A stretch of DNA of 64,000 nucleotides, from positions 5,766,001 to 5,830,000 of the forward strand of contig CATNEN010000034.1 in the NCBI GenBank assembly GCA_950097015.1. The letters are read 5' to 3'. Shown here one piece after another: positions 13,227-25,805 of this stretch. The first letter of the stretch is position 1. Every line of letters starts with the position of its first letter. The notes under the pieces were generated by a model. It was not told where the DNA came from, searched no databases, and was given only the letters and a program-made list of their open reading frames with translations. The position numbers were made by a program, and so were the translations under genes. The stretch is from Macrostomum hystrix. Its lineage: Eukaryota > Animalia > Platyhelminthes.

Positions 13227-16200
13227 TTATTCCCTGTTGCCTGACTTCACAAAGGCCAACTTACGGGGACAGGTCAAATATACTTTCAAACGTTGGCATT
13301 GGCTGGCCCTCGCGGAGGAGGCGGACGGCCGCAGTTTGAAGCGGTCCTGGAGCACCACAGCGTCGATAGCGGGCGACAGGTGGCTGGTGGACTGGATCTC
13401 GTTGAACCGCTTGCCGCCCGAGTTGTACTTGAAAAATGAGGCCACCATCTCGTGTCGAATCTCGGCCGGGCCGCGACCGGCCAGCGAGAGCAGCCTGTCG
13501 CCCTCCTGATCGTAGCAGTACAGGCCCTGGTATTGGCACTTGGCGTCGCGAAATAGCAGCATAAAATGCAGAGCCTCCGAGGCTGACAGTTCGGCTAGAA
13601 CGGCATCCTTCGCGGCCGCATTCACCGGCCCAGCCAGGCAGCAGTGGCTGATGGCATTGTGAATGACCGCCCGATTAGATTTCTCCTTGGGCTGGACAAA
13701 CAGGCGCACGGATGACTGCTGATGCTGATGCTGATGCTGAGGCGGAAGCTGCTCAGTTGAGGAGGCCGCTGCCAAGTGCGCAGCGGAGGCGGTGCGTCGA
13801 GCTGTCGACGAAGACAATTTGCGACCGGCGAAGCTTTGCTCGATTTGGCCGACGCGGCGATGAAGGCGGCGGCCGGCTGGCCTGCAGGAGACTGAGCGGA
13901 CGCTGTCGACTTGTCGACGGCGCCGAAGAGTCGCTGGCAGCCGGAGTCGTCGCCGACGACGCCGACGCCGTGTCGATGCGCCGGCGCGGCTGGTTTTGAC
14001 GGTTAGCGACGGCCAGTGCTTTAGCCCGCTGCTGCAGACGCTGCCTCTGCTGCTCCGCCTTCAGGCGTTCCTCGGCCTCCCGCTCGGCGGCCTCTGAGCG
14101 GCGCTTCTCGTCGCGTCGGCGGGCCATCTCGGCTAGGCGCTCGGCACCGCGTTGCTGTGCAGATATGAATAGTAATGGCATTGACAAAATCCCCATTTAT
14201 AAGGGGTGGGGGGAAAAGAGATCTGGGATTATTGAGGGGAAATAGGGATCTGGGACTGTTAAAGGGGTGGGGAAATTAGGGATCTGGGACTGGTAAAGGG
14301 AGAATACGGATCTGGGACTCTTGAGGGCAGAATAAGTATCTGGGGCTGTCAAAGCGAGAATTGGGATCTGGGACTGTTGAGGGGTGAATTGGGATCTGGG
14401 ACTGTTAAAGGGAGAATAGGGATCTGGGACTGGTAAAGGGAGAATAGGGATCTGGGACTGGTAAAGGGAGAATAGGGATCTGGGACTGTTAAAGGGAGAA
14501 TAGGGATCTGGGACTCTTGAGGGCAGAATAAGTATCTGGGGCTGTTAAAGTGAGAATTGGGATCTGGGACTGTTGAGGGGAGAATTGGGATCTGGGATTG
14601 TTAAAGGGATAATAGGGATCTGGGACTGGTAAAGGGAGAATAGGGATCTGGGACTGGTAAAGGGAGAATAGGGATCTGGGACTGTTAAAGGGAGAATAGG
14701 GATCTGGGACTGTTGATGGGAGAATAGGGATCTGGGACTGGTAAAGGGAGAATAGGGATCTGGGACTGTTAAAGGGAGAATAGGGATCTGGGACTGTTGA
14801 TGGGAGAATAGGGATCTGGGACTGTTAAAGGGAGAATAGGGATCTGGGACTGTTGAGGGGAGAATTGGGATCTGGGACTGTTAAAGGGAGAATAGGGATC
14901 TGGGACTGTTGAGGGGAGAATTGGGATCTGGGACTGTTAAAGGGAGAATAGGGATCTGGGACTGTTAAAGGGAGAATAGGGATCTGGGACTGTTAAAGGG
15001 AGAATAGGGATCTGGGACTGTTGAGGGGAGAATTGGGATCTGGGACTGGTAAAGGGAGAATAGGGATCTGGGACTGTTAAAGGGAGAATAGGGATCTGGG
15101 ATTGTTGAGGTGAAAATAGGGATCTGGGGGGGAGGATTAACTCACCTGCAGGCGCAGTTTGAATTTGTCCACCTGGCTGGGTTGCAACTGAGGCTCCTCA
15201 ACCATGACATCGAAAGCGGTGCCAGCAACGGCTCCGGCTGCGTTGTCAGGGGAGTTTGGCGACTCGACTGCCGACGGAGTGCTCAACGGGTCATTATCGA
15301 TTTCCATTTCCGCTTCCAGCTTCGCTTCTTCGTTGACTTCGGATTCTAGTTCAACATCGTCTTCGAAGTTAACTGTATTCTCAGTTACAGCTTTTGTTTC
15401 CACTTCCGGCTGCGCGTCCGTCTCCGTCTCCGCTGAAGCTGACGTCGATTTTGAATCGCGTCTGGCGCGATGATTCGGCGATTCGAATGGCACAAAGAAG
15501 CTGCTACCGGGAGACACCGGAGGAGGAGGCGACGGCTGCTGCTGCTGTGGTTGTTGCTGCTGCTGTGGTTGTTGCTGCTGCTGTGGTTGTTGCTGCTGCT
15601 GTGGTTGTTGCTGCTGCTGTGGTTGTTGCTGCTGCTGTGGTTGTTGCTGCTGATTGTTGAGGTAGAATGAGTTTGTGTCGCTGGCTACAGCGCTCGGCGT
15701 TATCAAAATCTGAGCGGCCATTGAAGATCCGTCAGCTCCGTTGCCGACATTAAAACAAAATTGTGGCGTCACCTGTGTGCCCGTGAATGTGTGCGTGTGA
15801 GAAACCTGAGAGAAATCAAAGAAATCTTGAAAAAATGTATTACCTAAAAACTTGTATATCTGTGTAACACTCATGTGTTCTGCAATCGGAACAGATGGAA
15901 CAGGGATTAGGAACAGATGAACAGAGATTAGGAACATATGGAACAGGGATTAGGAACAGGGATTAGGAACAGGGATTAGGAACAGTGATTAGAAACAGGG
16001 ATTAGGAACAGATAGAACAGGGATTAGGAACAGATGAACAGGGATTTGGAACAGGGATTAGGAACAGATGGAACAGGGATTAGGAACAGATGAACAGGGA
16101 GTAGGAACAGATGGAACAGGGATTAGGAACAGACAGGCAAGGTTATTTCTAATAAATTTGCAAAAAGCAGATACAATTTTTGCGATTCTGTGTAATCAAA

Positions 16201-19200
16201 AGCAAAAAAAATTGTTTGAAATCAGAATTGCTTATTTTATAAATATTACGTTGAGCATTTTTCTACAGAATGCTAAAATGATCTAAAAAATAACAAAACA
16301 AAATAAAAAGTTAGCGTATCAGTACACAATTTTTAGAAAATAATATAATACGCCGGTGTAAAAAAGCACTACATAATCTTTGAAATCTGCGAGTAGTTGA
16401 TATACGAGCCGAAGCTCAAATTAACAAAGAGTAGTTCGCGTCTCACTTCAGTCACTTGCAGTGACGTGGGCACGGAAGTGCCAGCCAGTGTGAAGATGAA
16501 ATAACGATGCTAAAATAGAGAGCGCATCGACAGGAGATAGTACAGCCTGTCAGTACTGAGAATCCATAAATCGAGTACGAATACTCGGTATTCAGGTACC
16601 AGGGACCGGGTATTCAGGCACCAGAAGCCGGAAATTCAGGTACCAGGAACCGGGTATTCGGGTACTAGGAACCGGGTATTCAGGTACTAGAAGCCGGATA
16701 TTCAGGTACTAGGAACCGGGTATTCAGGTACTAGGAACCGGGTATTCAGGTACTAGGAACAGGATATTCAGGTACTAGGAACCGGATATTCAGGCAATAG
16801 CAACCGGGTATTCAGGTACTAGGAACAGGATATTCAGGTACTAGGAACAGGATATTCAGGTACTAGGAACAGGATATTCAGGTACTAGGAACAGGATATT
16901 CAGGTACTAGGAACAGGATATTCAGGTACTAGGAACAGGATATTCAGGTACTAGGAACAGGATATTCAGGTACTAGGAACCGGGTATTCAGGCAATAGCA
17001 ACCGGATATTCAGGTACAATGAACCGGGTATTCAGGCACTGGATATTGTGACAGCACAGCTCACCTGCACACTCACAGGGGTCATCTGCGAAGCGCGTTC
17101 TGCACCAGGCGACACAAGGCTCAGGTCCACAGCTGGGTCAGGTTCGTGAAATCGAAACTTGCCCACCACCAGCGGCTCGCGTTGGGTGACCTCATCGACG
17201 CATTCGCCCCCATGGCCGCTTCCGCGACGCGCGGAGGCCGCGGCAGAGGCGGCTGCCATCGCGGCAAAGGAGCTTCGGCGCGACGACGTTGAACCGGATG
17301 ATTCAACAGTCGAGGAGGTCATATTTGCTCCTTCAGTTGCTTGCATCGTCAAAGTGTTGAAGACTGCTGGTGAGTTATGCTGATGCGTTGGCAAGTGCTG
17401 CTGCTGCTGCTGATGCTGCTGCTGCTGCTGATGATGATGATGCTGCTGCTGATGCTGCTGCTGCTGCTGCTGCTGCTGCTGATGCTGCTGCTGCTGCTGC
17501 TGATGCTGCTGCTGATGCTGCTGATGCTGGTGATTTGACAGGTTTGTTGCTAATGTAGTCTCTTGTGGAGGCTGCATTCCCGATGGCGCCTCATCAGCTG
17601 CAGCTTTGACTGGGCCGTCGCTGGTTAGAAAGATCAATTCAGATGCGGGTCGAACTCTCGACGGCCGCTGAGTGGACGACCGCTTGCCGATAGTTTCCAC
17701 ACTCGGAGGCGGGCGGAATATGTCGCCACCGGCGACACCAGAGCTGCCTCCGCCAGCTGCTCTACGTCGAACAACTGGCTGCTGCTGCTGCTGCTGCTGA
17801 TTAGCTCGCCGGGAAGAAATTGACGACGCCTGTTGAAGGCTGGGGCTGTTTCTCGAATCGCGAAGCCCAGGCTTCGATCGACTAACGCTGTTGGTCCCAA
17901 TAATTTTGGGCTGCGGCACGGCCTGCTTCGGCGACGGCGCAGCCTGCGGCTCCTCGGAGCGCCATTCGGCGAATAGCTCCGGTCGAAAACGCGGCTTAGA
18001 CAGACGCTTAGTGGACGAATCCAGCACGGAGAGGCTGGCCGATAATTGCCGACTGTTGCGCATCAGATTCCTCTGCATCGTGTTGGACACGGCGTCCTGC
18101 TGACGCTGCAGACGGCGAATGTCCGCCTGGAGACCCGCAAGGCCGTTGTCCAGCTGATCCAGCTGCTGCTGACTGCCCGCCGAGGCTTGGCCGCCACGGG
18201 TTAGCTGGCGCTGCTGCTGCTGCTGCTGCTGGCGCCTTTGTCTGTTGGCCTCAATCTGACGCCGGCGAAGCTCCATCTGCGAGCGCAGATCGACGCTACC
18301 AACGGCGACCGTGTCGCTTTTGTCGCTCTGAGTTGTCGACGCAGTGGCCGCAGCGGCAGCCTGTGACTTTCTAGCAAAGTCCAGCCAGGTTGTGGTGGTC
18401 GCAGCCCGCTCTGACGGATTATTAATTCATGTTTATTTGCGTAATAACTGTTACCAGGTAAGTGAGACTAGGGAACTGGGACTAGGGAACTGTGACTAGG
18501 GAACTGGGACTAGGGAACTGGGACTAGGGAACTGGGACTAGGGAACTGTGACTAGGGAACTGGGACTAGGGAACTGTGACTAGGGAACTGGGACTAGGGA
18601 ACTGGGACTAGGGAACTGGGACTAGGGAACTGGGACTAGGGAACTGGGACTAGGGAACTGGGACTAGGGAACTGGGACTAGGGAACTGGGACTAGGGAAC
18701 TGGGACTAGGGAACTGGGACGAGGGAACCGGGACTACGGAACTGTTTTTAAGGAGTCCAGCTACTCGAAACACACCTGTGGCTGGACCATCCACAGAATC
18801 GCCTATCGCACCGGCGGCGGAGGTCAGGGCGGGCGCGGCCAGTCGGGCGAACATCTCAGCCAGTAGGCAGGCCACGTTGCTAGCGAGTTGCGCTGCCGCA
18901 GGGCCAGCCAGATGGTCCGGTCGCGGCGTTGTTAAGCCGACAGTCAGGCAGAGTTGTGCCAGGCGTCGATAATTATCAGCCGGCGACGCTGATAAACAAT
19001 CATTATCGATTTCTACACATTTTATTATTGTTTGAGAATAAAATTCGGCTAACAACAGTAGTCGAGCGGATCTATCCAGGGACTTGGAGACTTCATTACC
19101 GCCTCTGTTCATCAATGCCAAGTTGCTGATCCTAATCAACCAGAGTTCCAGCGCGTCCGCCGTAGATGCCGCTGCGGCCGCCTCCGCTACGGTCGTCGCT

Positions 19201-21434
19201 GATTGGTCGACAGGGCCAAGAGCAGCTGACAGCGCCTGACCAATCAGGGCCGGACTGGCGCAGTGACGACTGTGAGCAGCCATCAGGGCGTCGATAAGCG
19301 CTATGTGAGCCGCCTAGGGATTCGGAATTTTGGGAATTGTCGTGCAATTGACACCCTTGAGCGCCAACCTCCAAGGCACAGTGAGAGTGTGCACTGCCTG
19401 ACGATGAGAAAGTCAGGACAGATGTACACAGCCTGTGAGTGTGTGTGCTCAGGAGTCAGCGGTTGTTGGGTCTAGTGTCACCCAATAATGTTTCGGGGCA
19501 GACAACCCTTGCAAAATTGTTTTAAATTCAATGGGTTTGCCTACGTGATAAAAGTACATAGTTTTATGTTACAAATACATTTTATAACTATTCTCGTCCG
19601 GAACAATTAATCAAATAGCGAGTAAAATATACCACAGCCTGTTCCTAATCCCATTCCAAATAGCTAAGAAAGATTAAGCTATTTCCTAAGTCACAGTTGA
19701 AAAGTTTCTGCACTTTTGATTAGCGACGGAATATTGTTAGGATTACTTATATACTCGTAATATAATATATTTTATACATGGTTCGATTTGACTTAACACA
19801 AAATATCACAAAACTTCAAAATGCTCTCAAACTGTCCTTATCAAATGGTATCTGAATTGTACATTTGTAGGGCCTTAAAAAGCATTAGCAACTAGAAGAT
19901 AACTCAACAGGGTCAAACTCGATTTAGATAAGGATGCACTTTAGGGCATAGCTATAAAGAGAATACTTTTTAACTGTTTCCTATATTAAGCCCAACAAAT
20001 ATTGACCCAATTTAAAACGCTATATGCTTTCTTACTTCTATGCTATTTATACTAAGCGAGTCAAGAATGCAAACAATAATCAATATCTCATTACTGTTCA
20101 AATATGCGCACCTACGCTTCATAACTACGCGCCGTCAGAAAATTCTATGAGGTATAAAAACGAAACGCCTTGCTTAAAAATGCGACAATTAAAGTACGTA
20201 TTTCTTAACTACAAGAGAAACCTGTGACCAACCAGAATAGAAGGACTAATGACCAGACAGAATACCATAGAAGAAAGACTAATGACCAGACAGAATACCA
20301 TAGAAGAAAGACTAATGACCAGACAGAATACCATAGAAGAAAGACTAATGACCAGACAGAATACCATAGAAGAAAGACTAATGACCAGACAGAATACCAT
20401 AGAAGAAAGACTAATGACCAGACAGAATACCATAGAGGAAGGACTAATTACCAGACAGAATACCATAGAAGAAAGACTAATGACCAGACAGAATACCATA
20501 GAGGAAAGACTAATGACCAGACAGAATACCATAGAGGAAGGACTAATTACCAGACAGAATACCATAGAAGAAAGACTAATTAATGACCAGACAAGCGCAC
20601 ACCAGCCCCCCCAACCTCATTCTCCTCGTCCAATTCGCTAGCCGTCACAGTGTGACCCCGCTGCTGCAGCTGCTGGTCGAAGCCGCGCACCCGAAGGCAG
20701 GCGAGAACGCCGGCGTGATCGGAGCAGGCAACACCGGGCAGAATGCGACGACAGGCGGCCACGTAGAGCCGGCCGCTGACTAGGCCGGAGGTCACCGCCG
20801 CTGTCGGGCGTTGAACAGACGCGTCCCAGACGGCATTAGAAGATGAGTTTGCGAATGCAGTGGCCTTGGAGACTAGCCAGGATACAGACTCAAACAATTT
20901 GACCTGTGTGTCAGTTTATGATAGGACACCGCAATATTTAGTATTTCTACAGCATAAATTCTCTGTATTCTCAATGTTCATATGGAAGCAGTTATTGTTT
21001 ACAGTGGGAAGTGCGGAATTAATTTCCGTTCAAAATTTGAGTGCAATAATTCTTGGACACTCGGTTAGAGCACAGCGCAAGTGGGTGCAAATGCACTAAA
21101 GACATTGCGTTGATAAGAAAAATACTTTCAAAGGGGGCACAGAGGAAAGCTATTCGAATATTTTAGCTAACTCGGATTAGGAAAAATGCACCTGCTGCCA
21201 TTTCATAACATATTACTGAATGAGAAAACACTTTCCGTAATAAAATTTACTGTTTTACAAAGGCATGCTGTATGCTTGTCTGATTCAAGCTATTATAACT
21301 AAAAAACTGTTTAAATTCCTAATAGACAGGTTTGACAAGGAGGGTTTAGTGACAGAGCAGTATCTTGTAGATAGGAGTATGATTAACCCTACCTTTTCTG
21401 GGATGACTTCCACATCAGACATTGTAGTGTCCAT
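13227..21434 (-). CDS. CAMSAP: CAMSAP/Patronin microtubule minus-end protein; exons 21434-21393, 20903-20616, 19313-18776, 18410-17077 (alt 17065), 15805-15146, 14154-13227; one +1 frame break in the last exon
   Basis: CKK domain (KSNRAVIHNAISHCCLAGPVN..HFMLLFRDAKCQYQGLYCY..FFKYNSGGKRF); N-terminal ESVSWLVSKA and AHIALIDALMAAH; CH-like domain (DALELWL..NVACLLAEMF); coiled coils (QMELRRRQIEA, LQADIRRLQRQQ). All five introns are GT-AG with matching phase. First exon is less certain. Confidence 0.92.
14220..15125. repeat. 28-bp G-rich minisatellite (GGGATCTGGGACTGTTAAAGGGAGAATA) in CAMSAP intron 5
   Basis: Direct periodicity; fills about 90% of the intron. Confidence 0.95.
15885..16135. repeat. 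Degenerate GAACAGGGATTAG / GAACAGATG repeat in CAMSAP intron 4
   Basis: Direct reading. Confidence 0.85.
16587..17040. repeat. 22-bp minisatellite (TATTCAGGTACTAGGAACCGGG-like) in CAMSAP intron 4
   Basis: Direct periodicity. Confidence 0.92.
18466..18738. repeat. 14-bp minisatellite (GGGAACTGGGACTA) in CAMSAP intron 3
   Basis: Direct periodicity. Confidence 0.96.
19338..19490 (+). mobile_element. SINE family 1, 5'-truncated body, in CAMSAP intron 2 (antisense to host)
   Basis: Shares GTCGTGCAATT..CCAACCTCCAAGGCACAGTGAGAGTG..TGCCTGACGATGAGAAAGT..GTGTGCTCAGGAGTCAG..GGGTCTAGTGTCAC with copies at 24810, 42512 and 52449. Confidence 0.88.
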
Positions 21435-22268
21435 TATGTCTGTTAAAACTTGAATGGGATAATTGTTTCTTTAATCTGTGTAAGCACAAAGGCTTCACTT
21501 GGCCAAGTCCATTTTGTAGTGTCAAGTCAGGCCTGCTGAAATGAGTTTTTTATGAAATACTGAATTAATGTGAGCTCTGCAAGAAATAAGTACTAAGCTA
21601 GCAATTTTTTACTGTAGGCTACTAAAGGAGTAAGAAATACTGTGCGAACACATATTTATATGAAAATATATTTTGGCTATTTACATGTAAATTACATGAG
21701 GCACTATTGTTAAGAAGTACAATTTAATAATAAAAAACTAAACATAATAGACAAAAAATACATAGCAAAAGTAGTATTAATTTGTGCTTGTCTTACACTT
21801 GTTATATACTAAAATACTAAATGCATAGCTAAATTAGATAAATGAATGAAATAAATCATTCAGGTATAGACTAGGAATTAACTTAACTTAAATTAAAACT
21901 TAAGAAAAGTGTTCAATTGCTATAACTATTCTGAAGGGTTGCATTTGCATTTAGGTTGCACTAAATTCAATACACTTGACAAGTCAGATTTAGATTTTAT
22001 ATTTAGTTACTCATCTCTATAAGTTTTTTGCTAAAAATAAGCAGCCAAGGATTAAATTTAAAGCTTCATTAAACAAAGCTTAAACAACACTTAAAACTGA
22101 AAAGAAAAGTGTGACATAAAATATTACAAAAGTCCTTAGTCCTTCTATTCTGGTTGGTCACAGGTTTCTCTTGTAGTTAAGAATTACGTACTTTAATTGT
22201 CACATTTTTAAGCAAGGCTTTTCTTTTTGACACCTCATAGAATTTTCTGATGGCGTGTAGTTATGAAG
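20117..22268. repeat. Inverted repeat pair, about 133-bp arms at 20117-20249 and 22136-22268
   Basis: CTTCATAACTAC..TCAGAAAATTCTATGAGGT..CTACAAGAGAAACCTGTGACCAACCAGAATAGAAGGACTAA is reverse-complemented at 22136-22268 with few mismatches. Confidence 0.92.
20250..20582. repeat. 33-bp minisatellite (AATGACCAGACAGAATACCATAGAAGAAAGACT), about 10 copies, CAMSAP intron 2
   Basis: Direct periodicity; contiguous with the left inverted-repeat arm. Confidence 0.96.
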
Positions 22269-24809
22269 TAACTTTTAGTAACAAAACTTTTTACACTTTT
22301 TTAATCTTTAAAACACTGATAGCATCAAAATACTATTTTTTCTGCTAGCTGATAGTAACATATATTCTATAACTGCGCAGAAAATTTAACATAAAATAAA
22401 AACCGAGAAAATATTTTAAGCATAGTAATTTTACTATACTTAACCCTTCACTGCAACTACAACTACAGAACTACTTCATGTTCATTCAAGATGCATACTG
22501 GTTTTGTAGCGCCACAAGCAATATTTTCCTAAGGACAAAGTTATTAATTTAAGAAACTAAACTACAAGCTAAACTAGATAGTAAGATTTTGAACGACCTC
22601 ACAACTCTTAAGGTTAAAAAGAATTGCTCTTGTATTTAACTCTTAGATCTTCTGAAAAATTTTCTGAAAAATATATCTGAAAAATACAGTTGTATCTGAA
22701 ATTGTAGGAGAAAAGATGTTAATAATATGTAAGACAGATAATACCAAATTAAATTCGTTCGGCCAAGTTCGCCAGGGCATCAGCGAGGTTTGATTGAGAG
22801 GCAGATTTAAACAAGCGTGGGAAAATTGTTCATCGAAGCTTAAGTTGAACTGCCGCCATGACTCAAATGCTAGCTCTCTTTTTACGCAGCGCAGTATAAC
22901 TTTCCAAGTTAGCTATGATATTGAAAAATGTTGTGTATCTAATTACTGGACAATGCCTAGATTAGAAAATATTATTAAAAGCTAAAGCGAACGAGGTCAG
23001 GCGAAAAGCTACATCAGCTAGATGTATAACTTTTTTGCTTTGTTGTAACACTAAAGCTTTTAGATTTCATTGTAAATTAAAGCTTTGTAGAAATTGTCAA
23101 TGGAAAATTTTTGCTTCTGGGTACTTTAAAGGTTAATGAAGCCCACTATTCCACAACTACCGGTTTTGTAGTGCGGAAATGCTGAATATTTTTTTGCTGA
23201 TTCATACGTTTGAAAATATCTGAAAATGCATAGAATAATATATACATTGCATAGCTGACAGATTTCGTGTAACACTATTAGCATTTGTAGATGCATGTCC
23301 AAATTCCAAAAGTTGCGCATTCACACTTTTAATTAAGCATGCACGAGTGTATTTTAAGTTTGGATCTTGTATAAGAATTCAGAAAAGAAAACGAAAATCT
23401 GACTTTAAAACCTATTATTGTGATCGACTATATACACTCTACGAATTGCGAATTTTTTAAATTTATATAGTCATTTCAATTTATATACAATTTATATACA
23501 AATACAATTCAATTTATATAAACATATATATAGCGGCTCAGCCGATAATAGTATAATTAGTAGTACATGAAGAGCATGAAAATATATCCATGTCTGAATG
23601 GTTCTAATCTTAACTTTTTAAATACAATTCTAGAAAAATTGAACCCAGCGGCTTGCTTCGAGTTAGCAGCAGATCTGTCTGAAGAGGCAGCGGGCAATGA
23701 GACGATATCCGTTCGTCGAGCGAGCTCGCCAGTACTGCATTATTGAGCTGACGGTCTCATATTGTAAGGAAATAATTAGCAAGTCAGTTGAAACAAAGTC
23801 CCAACAATCACCGAAATTGTAATTACGCGTAAAAGTGCAACTTGTTCGCGCAAAATTACAATTCGCTCACATATGAAAGAATGATAGGCTTTGAGCAATA
23901 CTAATATTGAATTGAGCTCAGTATGTCACACTATATAGCAGAACTATACCGGAGAGATGTCGAGAGAGAACTAATTCGAATGCAAGTGTGGAGAGAGCTC
24001 AGCTGTTTGTCTGTGTCTATATGTCACTGTGGTGTGTTCCAGCATCGATAGATCGATTTTGTCTGCCTTTTTAAGCATGTAGAAATAAAAGGGAAAAACT
24101 TAGTAGGGAGAGAACTGAGGCCCGCTGTTGGGAGAAAAGTAGCCCCCACACTCCTAAAGTTTTTCTTCTTTGCCTGCTCTCCTTCTTTCTTCCTCTGCAG
24201 TGCCTTCATTGGCTTATGTTACAGCAGCGCTTGTAGAACAGTTGAAGCGGATGCTTGCTGAGATCGGGGGCACACTCTCTCTCTGTCCCGCGTGACCCCT
24301 TCGCCAAAGACGAGAGAGAGAAGGAGGGAAAAGTTACAGTAATTAATGCAGCGAGCGCCGCTGTGGTTGAAGTATTTCGGTTTGATGATGCAGAGGGGAT
24401 CATTTGTAGATTGGGAGACTGACCATTGGAGAGAGCTTTTGGGGATTCTGCATTGCCCGAAACTAAACATATATATAGCGGCTCAGTCGACGGGTGAGTG
24501 AGGCGAGAGAATATATATATAGTGTGAAGAAGAGATGGGATTTTTAGGGGAAGCCGGGATTTTAGCAAGGAATCTGAGCTAAAACTATATAGGAGCAAAC
24601 TTTGCTATTTTGCGTATAGGAAGATAGTTTTGGCCTCATCTGCTTTAGATTTCTCTGTGGAAAACGCCTAGCTCGAGATTAAAAGTACAACTGCAGTGCA
24701 TATTTATTTAATCGCATTAAATCAAAATTCGAAACATATTCGAATTTGTTAGTTTTTTCCAAAACTTTTTTCCGGAAAGTTTAGTTCTTCCAAAAATAGG
24801 TTCTTCTAG

Positions 24810-25063
24810 CACCAAGGCGAGGCCACATTTATTGTTGGCTTGGGGCTCGTCGTACAATTTACGCCCTTGAGGTCCAACCTCCAAGGCACAGTGAGAGTGC
24901 ACACTGCCTGACGATGAGAAAGTCGGGGCAGATGTTCTGTGCGCGTGTGTGCTCAGGAGTCAGCGGAATGGGCAGAATTGCCTCCTCGCTGGCTGCGGGT
25001 CTAGTGTCACCATAATGATGTGCCACTGCCCGAATTAGCCCTTCTGAAATGATATTATTATTA
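24810..25063 (+). mobile_element. SINE family 1 copy (partial head, body, (TTA)n-like tail)
   Basis: Same blocks as the 42512 copy; ends GATATTATTATTA. Confidence 0.88.
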
Positions 25064-25664
25064 GGGGATATTAAATATCGCCTCTAATCAATCAAGCATT
25101 TTATTGACTAGCCTAGGTAGTGATGCGAAGGCTTGAAAATGGTGCATGCTTATTAGAAGCCCAGTTTTATTGTTAATGCAGCGAGTGGCATTTTTCTATT
25201 ACGGCGAAGCGAAACCAACTATATGGAATGTCTGCTTTGTCTGGCGATGAGGGACAGGATTGGAATATGAACACTTCCGACCTGACAATTTCCCTCTACC
25301 TCTCTCCCTTCTCTTCCCAACTCCCCAGCAAGCAGATCCCCAACCCCTCAACCACTCACTGCTCAGCTGAGCAACTTGTGTGGAACAGAGGGGCGGGAGG
25401 GGTGGAAGAGAGGCGGCGATGGAGGGGGTAGCAATGAGAGGTTGCTGCAAAAAACACTAAAAAAGCGAGCGCATAGACACACGACAAGATCGACAAGCAA
25501 AGCAGGGAGAGTGTGATGAGTATAATTTGGTGCAATTCTTTTCACTGAATTTCTCTGAATTTTCATTTAAAACTTTTGTATTTTTGCGGCACGAAAAAGG
25601 TAAGAAATTTCATACAGCTTGTCATTATTGCGTGCCATTCATAGCTGCTATTCTAGCCCTAGCC

Positions 25665-25797
25665 CTTGCCCTAGTGGTTAGAGCGTTGGACTCAAGACTT
25701 GAAGGTCGGGAGTTCGATTCTCGACTCCATTGGAACAATAGTGTCCTTTAGCAAGACACTTAACTCTGCATTGATTCAGTTCACCCAGCTGTTAAGT
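25665..25797 (+). mobile_element. tRNA-derived SINE family 2 with a CORE/V-SINE-like central block
   Basis: A-box TAGTGGTTAGAG, B-box GAGTTCGATTC (25710-25720), then GTGTCCTTTAGCAAGACACTTAACTCT..CAGTTCACCCAGCTGT, which resembles the conserved central domain of widespread metazoan SINE superfamilies (from memory, not searched). Confidence 0.72.
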
Positions 25798-25805
25798 ACT
25801 ATATG

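Noticed and set aside
23519-24490. Direct repeat AAACATATATATAGCGGCTCAG at about 23520 and 24465 as LTR-like ends
   Set aside because: Only about 22 bp with a low-complexity core; no TG..CA ends, primer-binding site or coding remnant between them.
24905-24930. Hammerhead-like CTGACGA..GAAA in SINE family 1
   Set aside because: Only 3 nt separate the two core motifs, so stem II cannot form, and no compatible stem III or cleavage triplet follows. A simple CCTGAC/GTCAGG hairpin explains it better.
25665-25730. Possible tRNA genes here and at 8631 and 42512
   Set aside because: A and B boxes are present, but acceptor and anticodon stems do not pair, and two of the three continue into SINE bodies.
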